Below are positions 13,038 to 26,760 of a stretch of 64,000 nt of DNA, in pieces. Source of the DNA: Raillietiella orientalis (taxonomy: Eukaryota); contig JAYWIR010000017.1 in the NCBI GenBank assembly GCA_036172245.1, forward strand, positions 930,001-994,000, given 5' to 3'. Numbering within the stretch: the stretch's first letter is position 1; every line of letters begins with the position of its first letter. A program made the position numbers and the translations under genes. The notes under the pieces were generated by a model that did not search any database, was not told the DNA's origin, and saw nothing but the letters and a program-made list of their open reading frames with translations.

Positions 13038-15527
13038 CTAGCTCCCATCATCGCTCCCATGCTCTCCTCCAGAACCGCCGCCGCCTTCCTCTTGGGTTTC
13101 GCATTTCCCTGTTCTGGAAACCAAGTGATCTCTCGCGTGGTCTCTCCTAGAGCCTGTGTCCTGCGGAGGTCTTAGGTCTTCCGAACGTGGACCGGTCCTG
13201 AGGGACGAAAAGGGGGAAGAGGGCCCTTCCGTTCCTCCGCTCGCATCACCCAAGTCCTCCCATTGCCGGTTGTACGGATAGCCCAGGGGCTGCCGTTCAG
13301 TTGATCGCGCAGGTCGAAGGTCGCACGGGATGTGATACTTGCAGGGAGAAGGGAGGGAAACCCTTTCCTGCCCTTCGGTGAAGGACACGAGGGCAACGCG
13401 GGGGATCCTCGGACCTGAGGGAAAGACAGAGGAGACATTCTAGGGTCTTTCTCGGGACTGAGGGAAAGACTCAAGGATATCTCCTCCTCCCTGGGCCCTG
13501 GAGCCTTGCGGAGCTCTCAGTACCGTGCCTCGCCTTGGAAGCCCCCGAGGGGGTCAGCTGAGAGGTAGTCCCAGAAGCTCGCCTTCCATTGCAATGATTC
13601 TTTCTCCAGCTTTGTCCCCGACCGCCCCCTTCCCGCTGACGGATCCCGTCCCTACTCACCTGACTGCACGAAGACTTGCACGGAGGCGCGCAGCCTCGCG
13701 CGCAGGACGCACGTGTAGTTGCCGGCGTCCGTCCGGTTGACCTCGACGAGCTCCAGGACGGACACGACGCTGTCGGCCTCCGACTTCAGCTGGCGGAAAC
13801 GCATCCTCAGGTCTCCGTGGGACGACAGCAGGAGAGGGCCTCGGTACCAGAAGATGGGCAGGGGGAACCGGTCCACGGGGCGCGCTAGGCAGCGGAGAGC
13901 TAAGGAGCTCTTCTCGTGGACGTGTCTCTCTGCAGGTCCCTCGATGCGGACGCTGAGGTCTGGAATGGCAGGGGGAGGAGGAGGGGTTAGGGGGCAGGGA
14001 GACACGTGGCGTGAGGCGCTCGCGCCCCGCAGGCATCCAAAAGGGCCTCGGGAGCTGCTGCTGATCCCAGCTGCTCCCTGCTGTTTTGGGAAACCTCCCG
14101 AGGAAGGAGAACGCGCGGGGAAGAAATCCCCTCGGCCGCTGCGCTTCCCGGATCTGGTGCAACGGGAAAGTGACGGCTACCCGGGGCCGAGACCAGGGCA
14201 CTACGGGCCGCTGTTATGCTTACTTCCCTTCCCGAATCGCCGTGGCCACGGCCTCCCGCCCTACCCGACCCTCGGCGGCTCACCGGTTACTTCCAAGCGG
14301 ACACTCCAGCTGGTCTTGACCTCCGTCGGGACCTGGCACTCGTACGAACCCGCGTCCTCGGTGGTCACACGGCCGATCCGCAGCGTCCACGTGAGGTGGT
14401 CGGAAGTGTGCAGCACCCGGAAGCGTGGATCGCTGACGACGGTGACGTTATCCACCGACAGGATGCAGACGTCCCTCTTGCGCAGCCAAATGACCTAGGC
14501 GGAAGCGCCACCTTTGTTTGCCTTCCAGGAAGGGGCCCTCTTCCCCGGCCGCTCCCGAGGGCGAAGCAGGCGGCCAGGTCTGTAGGCAGTCTGACAGGAT
14601 CGTCCCCAGCTGCTCCCGCTGGACCTCTCCATCTCCTCTCTGAGCAGGAAGAAGCACCCTGCACCCGAGGTCCCCCACATGGGCGGAAGAGGGAAGTCAC
14701 ACGACCCAGATGTTACCTCAGGAAGGGGGGAGCGGGCCTGGTGAGGCTTCTCGAACAATCACCTCTGTCCCTCCCGCAAGGTGTGGGTCGCACCCTGGGG
14801 ACTGGAGGCTTCCCGCTACGTCCCTCGGAGAAGGTCCCTGCTCGAGGACCTCTGAAGGAGATCCTTTCATTCATTCCATCTTGGATCGCGGGGGGCTTTC
14901 GGGCAGTGAGCCAGAGGGAGCAGCGATCCAGAAAAAGCATTCCCGGGATCACTCGCTTCCGACGAGGAAAAAAAAAAAAACATTCTCGTTTCTCTCTCTC
15001 CGCCCTTGAGCGTGTTTCTGGATTCCTCTCTCGTTCCCACCCCCGCCCTCGTTTGGTATGGGGTGTCCTTCCTTCTCGACCCCTTAGCGCGGATGGCTTG
15101 GCGCCGAGGGACGAGTGGGACGAAACTGAAAGGGAAAGCGAGACGATCCCTCCTAGGGACCCCGACTGCGCTCTCTAAGCTAGGAGGAGCCTGTCCGTTC
15201 TCCGGGACGCCTTTCTGTAGTCCAGAAGGATCTCTGACCGCGTTGCCAGCGCCCGATGTTTCCCTGGGTTGGGGAAGTCGCTCGGGATCCAAATCCCCTC
15301 CTCTCCAGATTTCTCTCCCCTCCCGTTCCTGCCCTTCTTTTCCAGGGTGGAAGCGAGCGATCACTTACCGACCGGTGACCCAGATCGTGGATGCTGCACA
15401 CCAGGTATGCAGGCTTTCCCACATCCACCTTCAGCAGGGATGTGGACTCCGCCTCTAGGATGCGGGGGAGCACGTGGCTCCTTCTCGCGGGTCGACCAAA
15501 GTGGGCATGGCCGTTCCTGGAGTGCCG
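13038..15527 (-). CDS. Dpr/Zig-like two-immunoglobulin-domain cell-surface protein (5' signal-peptide exon not identified)
   Basis: Exon 15454-15369 reads ..VDVGKPAYLVCSIHDLGHRS. Exon 14494-14284 reads VIWLRKRDVCILSV..SDPRF..WTLRIGRVTTEDAGSYECQV. Exon 13959-13660 reads IEGPAERHVHEKSSLALRC..IFWY..TDAGNYTC. Junctions are GT-AG and in phase, and the motifs match the Dpr family Ig1/Ig2. Flanking exons 15527-15497 and 13414-13038 are tentative. Confidence 0.8.
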
Positions 15528-18500
15528 CTGGAACCCAGAGGAGAGTGACAGAGCAGCTGCTGTGTAGGGAGAGAACAAATTTTTTCAGGTGATGGTGGTT
15601 ATGGTGGTGGTCTCACCCCACCCACCCTTTGCTCATCTGAAACTTCTTGAACTCCCCCCTCAAGAAGTGAAAAAAAAAAGTCTCTTCCTGTCTGGACCGA
15701 TTTCGGTCTCTTCTCACGGAGGGGTCGCTATGGAGAAGGGGCTGTTGCTGACAGCGGTCTGGTGGTGATCTTGGCTGGGAGAACCACGCTGCGAGGTTTT
15801 TTTTGACCCTGGACGGTGTGACCACCAGGTGCGAGAGATCTGCTAGAGAGCGATAGATGCTGCGGTGTCCTCCCGCGTGACAAGTAAGGAGGGAGGGAAG
15901 AGAGGAGCTGTGAGATTCTGAGGGAAGTTATCGTCTCCGTCGCCACCTTCCAGGCTCTGTCGGGAATTCCGGCTCCTTGTTGGCTTCTGGAGCTGATGTT
16001 CCTCTCCAGTATCGTTCCACCTTCGCGAAGGACGGCGAGCGCGCAGCCACATTTTTCCCGAGGCAGCGGGACCAAGCAGCGGGACTGAGGGACTGCAGCT
16101 TCCGGGAGCGTTTCGCATCAGGGAAGGACGACGGTCTCTAGCTATCTGGCACGACGGGGCTTCAGGATCCTCGGATTCTTAATGCCCCTCTGGAGCCGCT
16201 CCAGAAAACCCTTGAGCAGCCTGTTTCCGAAGACGGCGGCCTCTGATTAGGAACATACGAAGGTCATCCCCCAGAGACCACGATGCGAGTCGTCGGCCAT
16301 TCCTTCACTCTGAAGGCTTTCCGTGAGCTCACGGCCCTACGCACATCCTGTTACATGTGGAGTCAGCCAAGGAGGCATCGCATGCCCACCGGCGAGGGAC
16401 TCAGTCGAGCGGTCAGTCTCGAGGTTCCGATCGTATGCCCTCTTGGACCGCTGGAGATGAGCCCGCCCACTCAGAGGAAAGTTCCTTGAGTCGAAAGCAG
16501 TTACTGCGAGTGGAACGGAGGAGTTACCCTGAATGCTGACCCTGTGACAAGCAGAGGACGCCGGAAGGCTCATTCCAAGCAACATCTGCTGCTCCAGGAG
16601 GAGACGTGCGTCCGGAGGTCGAGACCAGTTCCCCCATCGTTCTCTGGCATTCTGGGCGTTCTTCAGCAACGAACTTCCCAGTTAGTGCGTTTCTTAGTTG
16701 GCAACGGGACAGGTTAGGGATCTCTCTGTCTTTGCAGCTCTCTTCAGAGGCCACAGTGTCACTTTGCAGTGGAGAGGTGCCCTGGAGACAGGACATTCCG
16801 GAAGCCCGATGGCGCTAAGGTTGCATGAAAACGCCAATGTTTGAGGTCACGCAAGAATCCAAGGGAGATGGCGTGGCAAACGTGCATCTGATTCTGCCAA
16901 AGTGCTTGCCATGGAAACGGAGTCGTGCGGAAAGTTGATTCTGGGGACGTGCCTGAGTGTTCGCGCTTCCACCGCGATTTCCTCTGGAAAAAGCCGAAGA
17001 AAGCGAAAAAGCCGAGCTAAGGAGATAACCTCAATCGATCGCGAGAAGGATGAGATGATTCTTCTAAACAGGGCATTCAGGATGCATCTTTTCCTGCAGC
17101 AGAGCGTCTTTTGTTCCTCTGCTTTCCTTCTACTTCCCATCTTCTCTCGGTGCCGGTTCTATTTCCCTCCTTCCATACTCATAGAAAAAAACTACATGGG
17201 GGGAACCAACGAAGACATCCTGGAAGAACACTGCAGGTGAGAATCTCAGTCAGCATCCTTGGAATCAAGAATTGCAAATCTTCAAAGAAAAAGGACGCAG
17301 AGTTCTTTGTGATCACTTATCTTTTTCTTCCTGAGATGAAATAAGGAGAATACATGCCAATATTTTCTATGTCCACTACGCTGATTCTTTTCACTCAAAC
17401 CAGTTCTGACATTCCACGGAGGTGGCGCTTTTCCCTAGGGTCATGGACGTTGCCTGAGTGAACTGATGTGGGAACAGTCTGAAAACGAATCCCGATCCGA
17501 GATTTGCAGCTTGTCAACGGAGCAGACGTTTGCATCCATCAGCACGGGATTGGAGATGATATGTCACTTTTGGTTTCAGCTTAGGGAAACCAAGTGGCAG
17601 CCGAAGGAAACTTAAGCTGCGATCCAAAGGAGTTTCTCAAGTTCCGAAGGATGCTGCTTCTTTCGAAGAGCTGCTGCAGTGTTCCATCCGTTGGTCACAG
17701 GTCGCCTCGAACAGTTGGATTCCACAATCTTTCCAGGATGTGGTGGACTCGGACAAGAGATTCGTGCACAAATTACCACTTTCCTTTGAGCTCGCGGTTG
17801 CCGAATGCATTCCCTGAGGTGCAACTTCAGGGATCTGCATCAAGATTCCTGCACGGTGGCTTTGTTCGAAGAAATGTCCTCTTCAGAAAGTGTTCCCGGA
17901 GAGCATCATCCCTCTGATTCTATAAGTTGGTTTCATCAGCAGATGCTGTTTCGGGGCACAAAGAAAACGATCGCCGCCGTAGTGGTCGACAAGAGTATTC
18001 CAAAAAAGAGCGATTTTTAGGGGAACAGTTCGTTGGTTACGGCTGCTGCAGGTATGAGGTGAGTCATTTCGACCATTGCATACTTTTCTCAGCCCGAGAA
18101 ACGACGCGTGCCCTTGAAAACCAGCAAACAACTTGCTCACGTTCTCTGTCCATAGCTACTGTTAAACGGAGAGCGGCATAGCGTGTCTGCCATGGGGCAC
18201 CGTTTGAACGAATCGAGTCAGTGCGCAGAGGTAGGTGGCGTTCCTAGCGAGTCACGATCAGAGGAAATGGAGGATTGGCTTCATCATATGTTCCTTGCTA
18301 TGTTCCTTGATTTAAAATCTCAGCCAAGCGTTCTGGGGAGTTCTGCATCCAGGCGCAAGCGAGAGCAAATCATTGGCTGAGGACTGTATTAATCCAGGAG
18401 GGAAGGAAAGATGGAGTCGTAACAGACGGTCCTCGATTACTCTGAATGTTCCAGCACAGTCGTATTGCAAATGAAGGACACTCACAATCTCATGGCTGCG

Positions 18501-19449
18501 CGCGTGCTGTCGAGCCGGAATGGGTTGTGGACCATCTGTCTCTGGTATCCGAGGAACTAATTTGAAGTGGTTTCTTAAAAGAGTTGGTTTGTTGCTTATG
18601 TTGCATGCTACCCTGGAAGAAACTGGATGGGGCACCGAAGGTGTAGAGATTCCATTCATTGCTTGCTCCTCAGGAAGTCAGACGGACTTTCTGCTGGTAC
18701 GGACGTTTACAGATGTCAAAGATGCTGAATTTATTGATTGACCGATCATTTATTGTTGTTCATCGATTCAATGAACCCACTCAAAGCATTTATTCCTAGG
18801 ATGTTGCTAATCGATTTCATCTCGAGGATTGTGTTCTTCCTATTTCATGTTTTTCTTCTGCTCCAGTGAGATCCAAGGATGCCTGATCATTCAGATTTAT
18901 TGGAGTCATATTTGGATGTCATTCGGGGAAAGGGAAGCACTAGAATGAAACCACAGCCACAAAATCGGGTTCATGAAGTGACAGGTGTAAGGTTCGGCTG
19001 GAAACCAGAGAGGTACTCGGTTGAGCTGCCAAAAGGGAAGGAGAAACGAGAACGAAAGAAAAGCTCCCGCTACGACACAACCTTTTCCCCTCGCGCATGC
19101 CGGACTCTGGAAGTCTAGAGCTGTCCGGTCTTGGAAAGGGAAGTTCCCGAGCAATGTGTTTACCACAAAGCAACAAACGATGGTCTTCCCGCTCGAAAAT
19201 CTTCAAGGAGGATGAGACGGCCGCTGGCGAGGACGATGAGGAAAGCGAAACGCAGCTATAGGAAGCAGGTAACCCATTTCCTGGATCCTGGATGGAGAAC
19301 TTCAGGAAATTGGAAGGTTGAGGGCGTAAGCAATCCTGTGGACCGAGAAAAACACAGCTCACAAATTACTGGGTTCTCTTCGATAGGAGTGGAAGAACCT
19401 GAGTCGCGTTTCCCTCCTCGATATCCTAGTTTTCTTTAAGCTGGAACGT

Positions 19450-22400
19450 TGGGAGCAGATGCAGTCCTCAGAGACAAACGATCAGAAGAGACTGCCGATC
19501 TGGCCTTGCATTCCCGTCTTGCAATCGATTCCAGAGAAATCTTTTCGAAATGGCCCATGACATTCGTCCACATTCAGTTCTGTCCTACTATCCCTTTCCT
19601 CTTCCACGAAACAGCTCTTCCTCTCGAATGCCTCCTCAACCGCTCTCTGTCTTTCGAGGTTTCCCTGATTCTGCAAGATTCGGTTTCTCCGGCAGATACG
19701 AAAAAACTCGTCTCCGCTTTTGGTTCGTGGCTGAGGTTCTGGAGTGTAGAGATTGTGGTGAATTCCAGGTTCTTCTTTTCTGTCGCGACGCTCTTCCCCT
19801 TGATCTCCTATGCTCCAGCGTCTCCTCTGCTCTGAGATTCTGTTTCGATGGCAAAACGCTTCAGTTCGCCGTTGGCTTCCCCTGCCTGCGTCAAGGGGAG
19901 AACACAGCCACACATGTAAGCTTCCCATAGACTGGGATTTTTTTGCAGGATTTTCCAGAGTTTTGCGATGTTTTGCCTCACTCAGAGCGGCAAGTCTTTT
20001 CAGATCCTCAGATCCGGTTCTCTAGTCTAGAGATGCCACTTTCATATCCCGTTACACCTCGTTTGCTTCAGGCTGAGAGCGATGCTCTGGCCCAGAGACC
20101 CCAAGTCTCTTCAAGAAACAAAGGCCTTTCAAGCGTGTTAACGAGAGGAAGAAGAGGAGGAGTTAGAAGAAGAGTCATTCGAAGGTAGCTGAGCTGCGAA
20201 AGCTCAGTCGTCTTCGAGTTATCCCGGTGAACCGTGATAACTCAGTACGGTGCCAGCACGATGTGCCCCTCACTTAAGGGAAGAGTCGACTGGGGAGTTC
20301 TGATTCTCGTCCTCGAGAAGCGGCGGCATGCGGATGCTGTGAAAATCTCTTTCTCTCTCTATGGAATGCACCAGGAGACGCCGATGCTTTTGGAACAGCC
20401 ACCATGAGGAGGATCAGGAACGCCGGGAGAGTGCTTAGAAAGAAAGCTGCGAATGTGCCTTCCCATCCGGCAGACAATCACATGAAGAGATCCGCTCTCC
20501 CGCATACTACACACAGACAACCCCCCTTCTCCTCCCCTCCTTCCAGACCACGCGCCCCTTGAGAATATCTTCAGACTCCGTTCCCATGCTCTGGCTAACA
20601 GCCTCGACCGCAGCATCCAGAGAATCACTTCCTCGTGCCCACTGAGATGCCACTAGGGAGTTCATTTCGAAGAACCGGGGACCATCTGGGAATACCGGCA
20701 ATAAGCCGACATCAAGGGACTTTCAAGCAGGCGCTCGCTCAAGTGAGTCCTCCACATTTGATGAGGTCGCGCTTGGTAACCAAGTCGAGATTCGAGGAAT
20801 GACTAGGGAATGAGGAGGCAGCGGAAGATGCATGGAAGATGGTAAACACGGACGGTTGGTCCTCGCACGCAGATGTTATTCAAGCAGCGGTGCTTTGAAA
20901 CTCTGATGAGCTTCATCCTCGTCTGATGTTCGCTTCCTCCAGTGATACCACTACCCACTCTCCCCATTACCAGTGCATTCGTCATCCTGAACAGAATGTG
21001 GGAAAATCGGTTGTACGTGAGGTCTGGGATTGGGTTTTCGTGTTGAGTTCCAGTCGCATGGTCCCCTTCCTCCAGCGTGGCTTCCGAGGTCACCGTGCTG
21101 GGTCAGACGGAAGGAGACAACTCGCACGAACGGGCACGGGCAGAAAGAAAATCTGGAGGAACCATACGAAAGCTTCTGACGTGACTTCTCGATCTCTCAA
21201 GACATTTGTCAGTCTCTTCTTCTAGAAAGTTCCCGTTTCTCCTTGACGACGCTTCGAGAGGGTGCTGACTTTAGGAAGACATCATAGGGGAAGGCCTGCC
21301 TCCTCTCAATGGACACTGGGGGCACTTGTGAAGCAGGGCCACTTCCAGGCATTGTCCAGGAAGAAAAGTGAGGCGAACCACCGGCAGGCGTGCCCCACCA
21401 ACGGAACTCTTACGCGAGCTGACTGCGCTTTTTGCTTCCCACAAACGTCCCGGCGCAACCAAAAAATTTTTTCCTGTCTCCTCAGTGCAAGCGCTCCAGC
21501 AGGATGAGAAGCTCGCTACTGCAATGATCCCTTTATTCTCGTGAGAGAATAGAGCAATCTTTTTCCCTTGCGTCCACTGCAATGAAGCAGCAAAGCTAGT
21601 GAAGGAGGGAGGCACCCGCAGGATGTCCTCAGACCTCCTGAGCTAGCGATGCGCGGTCCGGATGAGGATACTGAGGAGATGCGCCGCTCTAGGAGAAGTG
21701 TCATGAAGTGTGTCATGAAAACGCTCCTCAGAAGGCAAGGTGGGAAAGACTGCCGAAGATGCGTGACATTGAAGTCCGTGTCCTCGCCGATTCCCGTGAA
21801 AGCAGGAAACGGGGACTTGACTGGGATCCTCTGGTGGATGCGACTGTCCTCGAGGAGATGAGGTTTTTTTCGCTCTCGAGACCAAATGATGGACCGGAAA
21901 CTCCAGCCGAGGGAGTCGGGCAAGGAATTCCTCTCTGTACGAAAGATCCCTAGAAATGACCACAGTGAAGCCGTCAGCAGGAAAGGGCTGACGAATCCAG
22001 GAAACGTCCGTCTGGGAAGTGGAGAGGGAGGAGCAGGAGGACTAGCGAGCGGGACAGGACGATGGTCGCGGATGGACAATCCGGGAAAATACCGTTCGAG
22101 CTGCTCTTCTCCCTCACTGTGGACGGCTCCCGTTTGCGATGTCGAACGTCTCCAGACGCCATCGCTCTCCTCCAAGAGGACGACGTCAACCAACTCAGGT
22201 AGCTCTTTTTCCAGTCCGCGGGATCATTTAGGAGAGTTGAGGTACCCTTCGATGACTTCCCTGGGAGTTTATCTCGAGCCTCAGAGCTTTAGCCCTGTGA
22301 CTCATCCGAAGGATTCTTTCGTGGGAAGCTCCACGCACGTCACCTCCGACCATCCCTTCTCTTGTTCTGCCTTTTTTAAGGGGAAAAAGGACGATGGGGA

Positions 22401-24350
22401 ACTCCTCGTTAGAAGAGGGGGTAGAGACCCTGGTAATGGAGCACAGTGTACCCTCCCCAACTGGGAAGAGCATCAGAAAGGAAGGGCTGCTTGAGCGATC
22501 GGTGAGAAATTCCACCCCAGCTCGATCCCCGCCTGCGGGAAATCTGCGCCGCATCCTTCGCTGAAGATCGTAATCGGTTCAGGTGACCAGAGCGAGGTTA
22601 TTGCGATCGCCTCAAGGTTCCGCTCTTGCCCGCTGGAGAATCACGGATCTCCGCCTTCGATACGGAGGGTTCCTCCCCAGTCAGGGAAGGAGGAGACACT
22701 CGTGGGTGGGTAGCGGGGCAGGCGCAGTTCCGGCTGCTGAGCTCCAGACGGAAGACTTTCTTTCCACTCGGCACCTTCAGCCCATGAGGGTGGTCAACAG
22801 GCTTCCGAGTAGGCCCGTAAAAGAGATCCAAGGAGATGGAGGAGGAAGAAGAGGAGAAAGGAATAAAAAAAAACAATGGTAGCGGGATCAGCGAATGCTT
22901 CTCGCTATTCTGGGATTTCGATGTCTCAGCCAACTAGGAAAACTTTCCCAATTTCCTCATCATCCTGAATTCTTCCTTCCCCCTTTTTCCGGTTCCTTCT
23001 GTTCTTCTACTTCCTCATCAGGAAAGGTTTTCGAGGGAATCTCCTCGAGATGATCCGATTTCCCGGTGGGTTCTTTGCCAGAACTTCCGCTTCTTGTCCG
23101 TTCGTTCCCCTCCCCTTTCTTGTGCCTCCTAATGATGTTCCTCAGAGAGAGGAACAATCTTACTCCCGAAATTCGGGTTCTCGGGAGCCCTCCTGTGGAA
23201 TCGAATTCAAAGGGCCTTTGCAGAACCCCATGGAGGAGATCTTGGTAGGCAGTTCCTCATCTCCCTCCCCTTCGGAGATTAGCGGTCCCTCGGCAGCGTT
23301 ACCACCGCGTTTTCCTCCCGCTACTCTTCACTCTCTGCCGTGTTTTCTCTGCTATCTTTTTGCCCTTTCGCCCCTACGAGATGCGCGTCCGATAAAACAG
23401 GGAGCTTTCTCACCGTGGCACAGAAGGAGGAGGAACTTCATCCTGAGAAGCATGGCTCCCTCCTCTTTCATCTCGTCGTGTGGTAGGGAGACCAGCATCG
23501 CTCTCCACTGGGGAAACCGGTTGCCATGGCGAGTCTCCGGAGACGTGCGGTTCCGCTGCCAAGCGAATGGATGCAGGAACTTCACTGCAGGGACGGAAGC
23601 GACGGCGCGACTGCGAATGTGCAGCATCGCACGAGAGCGAGGTACGGCGTGAGACGCCAGCCGGCGATCGCTGGACCCGCTGGAGTCGCCTTCGTTTTCA
23701 CGAGATGCGATATCTGAGGGCGCCTCAAGGGGGAGGGAGGGAGGGAGAGAAGATGGAGAAAGGAGGGAAGATATCTCTCTCCCAGATAGCTCTCTTGGGA
23801 CGAAGACGCAGCGGGATGCTGGAAGCATTCACGCAAAAGCCTCATCCCTCCACCTTCCAGCCCTTGGGAGAAGCAGTGAGATGGGGAGGAGAATGGGAAG
23901 AAGAGTTCCTTCCCGGTCGTCTCCCGGGAGAGTACACCAACCGCAATGGTTACCTCTCTCTCCTCCTACTCATGAGCGAGAGGTGGATGGAAGCAGCTCC
24001 CTATGAATTCTGCGCGTATCCTTCCCCACCTGTCTTCTCGGTGGGGTGTGGGCCCTGATTCTCCTCCCAGACGTAGGAACGGCTCTGAGAAGCTGCTTGC
24101 GCGTTCGCATCCGACGGCTTCTTGTGGATCTATCGGGAGTCCCTCAAGAGCCATTCCTTTAAAGAGAAGATTGACACTTATTTGTCAAAGGAACCAAGTC
24201 TCTTGGTCATTTCTGGAAGCATCCCCCCTCTTCTGCCCTACCTCCTCTTGGTACTTCGCAGCCGAAATGCCGCAAAAACAGCAGGCGGCGGCCAGCAGGT
24301 GGCATGGCACTCCCCGCGAAGGGGATCTTTAAAGAGATATCGGAGTTGTC
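19450..24350 (+). pseudogene. Decayed Toll-like receptor relic 1 (LRR array, internal cysteine cluster, LRRCT, TIR-like)
   Basis: Across frameshifts and stops, in Toll order: LRR-like stretches (LVKQGHFQALS, RLQTPSLSSKRTTS); SDHPFSCS at about 22350 (like NPFxCxC); CDRLKVPLLP/ITDLRL..QGRRR at about 22600-22700; LPELP..FLRERNNLT..NP(W) at about 23070-23232; TIR-like EWEEEFLPGRL..NGYLSL and GFLWIY..LLVISGSIP at about 23890-24260. Boundaries approximate. Confidence 0.45.
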
Positions 24351-24949
24351 CACTGGGATGAGGAGGGCCATGTGGAAGCATTCCCAAAATGTTCGAAGAG
24401 CAACACAATGCACTAGCAAGTGACGAAAGGATTCCTCTTTCCCTTACTTGGCACAGTTCGGCCCGACACCTACAGAGGAACTGCGAGTTTTTCTCTGGAA
24501 CCTTTCGCACTTGCATGCTGTAGGCGACCCTCTCTTGAGATCCCCAAGGAAGAGTTGTTCCGGATGCGAGTGGAAAACGTGTTCACTTGCAGAGCGAGAA
24601 TGAAAAACTGAACGGATCCCTTAGGAAAAGGAAGTCGCCTACGTTCTTCGCCTTTCCAGATCGTCCACTTTGCAGAGACCGTCATGGAGCTCGTTTGTGA
24701 CGGCGTCCATTATTCCCTTTTATTAGAAACCTCTGTCGGTTAGGAAACCCTAGGGAAGCGTTTGTGTCTGGATTTGTTCCCCGTCTAAGCTGCTATGGAA
24801 ACCAGGAGTAAACTCTGTTATCTGGTCACCTGCAGACGCTTGTGTCTGCGAAACGGAACGAACTTCGTTTCCGTGTTGAGCCGATCCAAAACTTTTCTCA
24901 GTCACTTATTCCGCTCTCATAAATACGTGGCCTACTGGGTTGATTTACG

Positions 24950-26760
24950 GTCTCCGAGGCAACTAGTCTGTTGCAGTCAGAAAAAAAAGACGACCGGATC
25001 CTTGGATCCTGCGGCCTCCGACGAGCGCTCTACAGATAGCGTCCGTCATAGATTTCCAGGAGCACTTTCTGGAAATCTTCGCCATCTTGAAGACACAGTG
25101 AGAGGTCATGGATTGGCAAGGCTCGGTTGTCAACCTCCGAGACAGACAAACCCTGTCTCCTCAGGCTCGGCCTCCTTCTCATGCACTCTTGGGAAAGATT
25201 TTCCGTAGGAACTTGCCTTTTTCTTCTCTCCAACTCTTGGATGACAGCCTCTTGGATGGCAGAAGCATTTTTTTTCTGACAGTGTTCGCTGGCAGAAAAA
25301 AAAAAATGCTCTTCTCGTTGGAGGGATTGGTTAGGTGCCAATGCCTTCTTCTCATTGTAGCTCCGCCGAGATGTTGGAAATAAGAAAGTCACGGAAAATG
25401 GAGCGTGAGAGGAAAGAGATGAGAGTAAGGTCGGCAGATGCTGAAACCCCTTTAATCTTCCTTTCCGGTGAAGCACATCCACGGTGATGGTCTGTAAGGG
25501 TCTAATGACCACTTCATTCCAAACTGGAGCTGTTGCGAGAAAGCCTGACTTTCGGTGCTTTCTCCGGATCCAGGTTTCCAAGTAATGCTTAAGAACTTGG
25601 GAGGACCACTCCTAGCAGTGGCATATCCTGCGCCTTGGCACTCATTTCGTTCGACCTTTCTGCATCGAAGGCGCTTCTTCCTGCCTTCTTGGATTCATTC
25701 CTTAGATCTTCCTCTGCTCTCTCACCAGAGCACCCAATTCAAAGAAGGAAGGTGGCGCACTCCCCTCCCACCTTTATTTTCCACTCTCTTTCTTTTGGGA
25801 ACTCATGGGTTTCCTTTCCTTCGATCTTTGGGCATAATGACTCCTACTATCGGGTTCCATTTAGCGATAGGAAAGCGTTAAGCAGCGAATCCGGAGGCGC
25901 TCTTCTTGAAAGATCCAGCCTGTTCTCGGCTTCCTACGTGCCACCTCGAGGTTTCGTCCTTGTAGATCAGACGGATCGCATGCAAGAGCTCGTCATTTTT
26001 TTGTTTTTGTTTTTATCCTTCTGCTTCATCCCTGAGCACAGAGAGGATGCGCACCGATGCTCAGTCAACGATTCCCGGCACTGCGCTGGCGTGCGAGCAC
26101 TCGCGTGCACATAGAGCTGGAAATCCGTCTTTAGGGGGATGCCCGCTGTCCGGTCTTTCGAAAGTCTGGGGCTCCTAGACGTCCTCCGCATTTTATCCTG
26201 CTTTTCTAAATGGTGCGGTCCCCTTGATAGAAACACAAATCCTGTCATGGCTCCTGTCTATCGGATGTCATTCAGAGCTCGCAGCTTCTGTTTTCTTGCC
26301 ACACCCCGAGAAACCGTTCACCTCATTGGACCACGCATTACGAAAATCTTCGCATTTCGGCTGCTTCAAGATGGTGGGTTCTGTGCAGGCTTCCACCTTT
26401 TTGCTTTCTCTAAAGGCTCTCCGAGGTTCAGACGGGTCTTTCTCATTTCTTAGTCACGAAATTGGGCGCGGAATTTCAGGATGCCTTTTTTCTTTTGGCT
26501 CCTGGATATCCCAAATTTTCCTTCTCTACTTCACCAGCTTATACCATGGCTTCACTTCTGCCTCCTCGATGAGGCAATCTCGCAAAGATGTTCTTGTCCT
26601 CTGTCATTCAGCATGCAGACTTGGATCCTCGGTGCTCGGAAATGCCTTCGGGAACATCGGGTGCTGGGAAAGTGTGATCTTTCGAGGCAGGCGGCAATTT
26701 CGAAGAGGCTTGGCTCTGACTTTGATAGTCTCCTCCTTTCCATTCAGCCTCTTCTGATCT
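24950..26760 (+). pseudogene. Decayed LRR/Toll-like relic 2
   Basis: LRR-like FPGALSGNLRHLE, FSSLQLLDDS and LEGLVRCQCLLL at 25.05-25.36 kb. A weak TIR-like segment (QILSWLLSIG..TSLDHALRKSS) lies at about 26.2-26.4 kb. Confidence 0.3.

Noticed and set aside
13719..15178. Long plus-strand ORFs (259 and 320 aa)
   Set aside because: They are antisense shadows of the GC-rich Dpr-like exons and introns, with no domain features.
20274..20477. Hydrophobic signal-peptide-like stretch as the first Dpr exon
   Set aside because: There is an in-frame stop immediately upstream, no ATG before the hydrophobic core and only a weak donor site.
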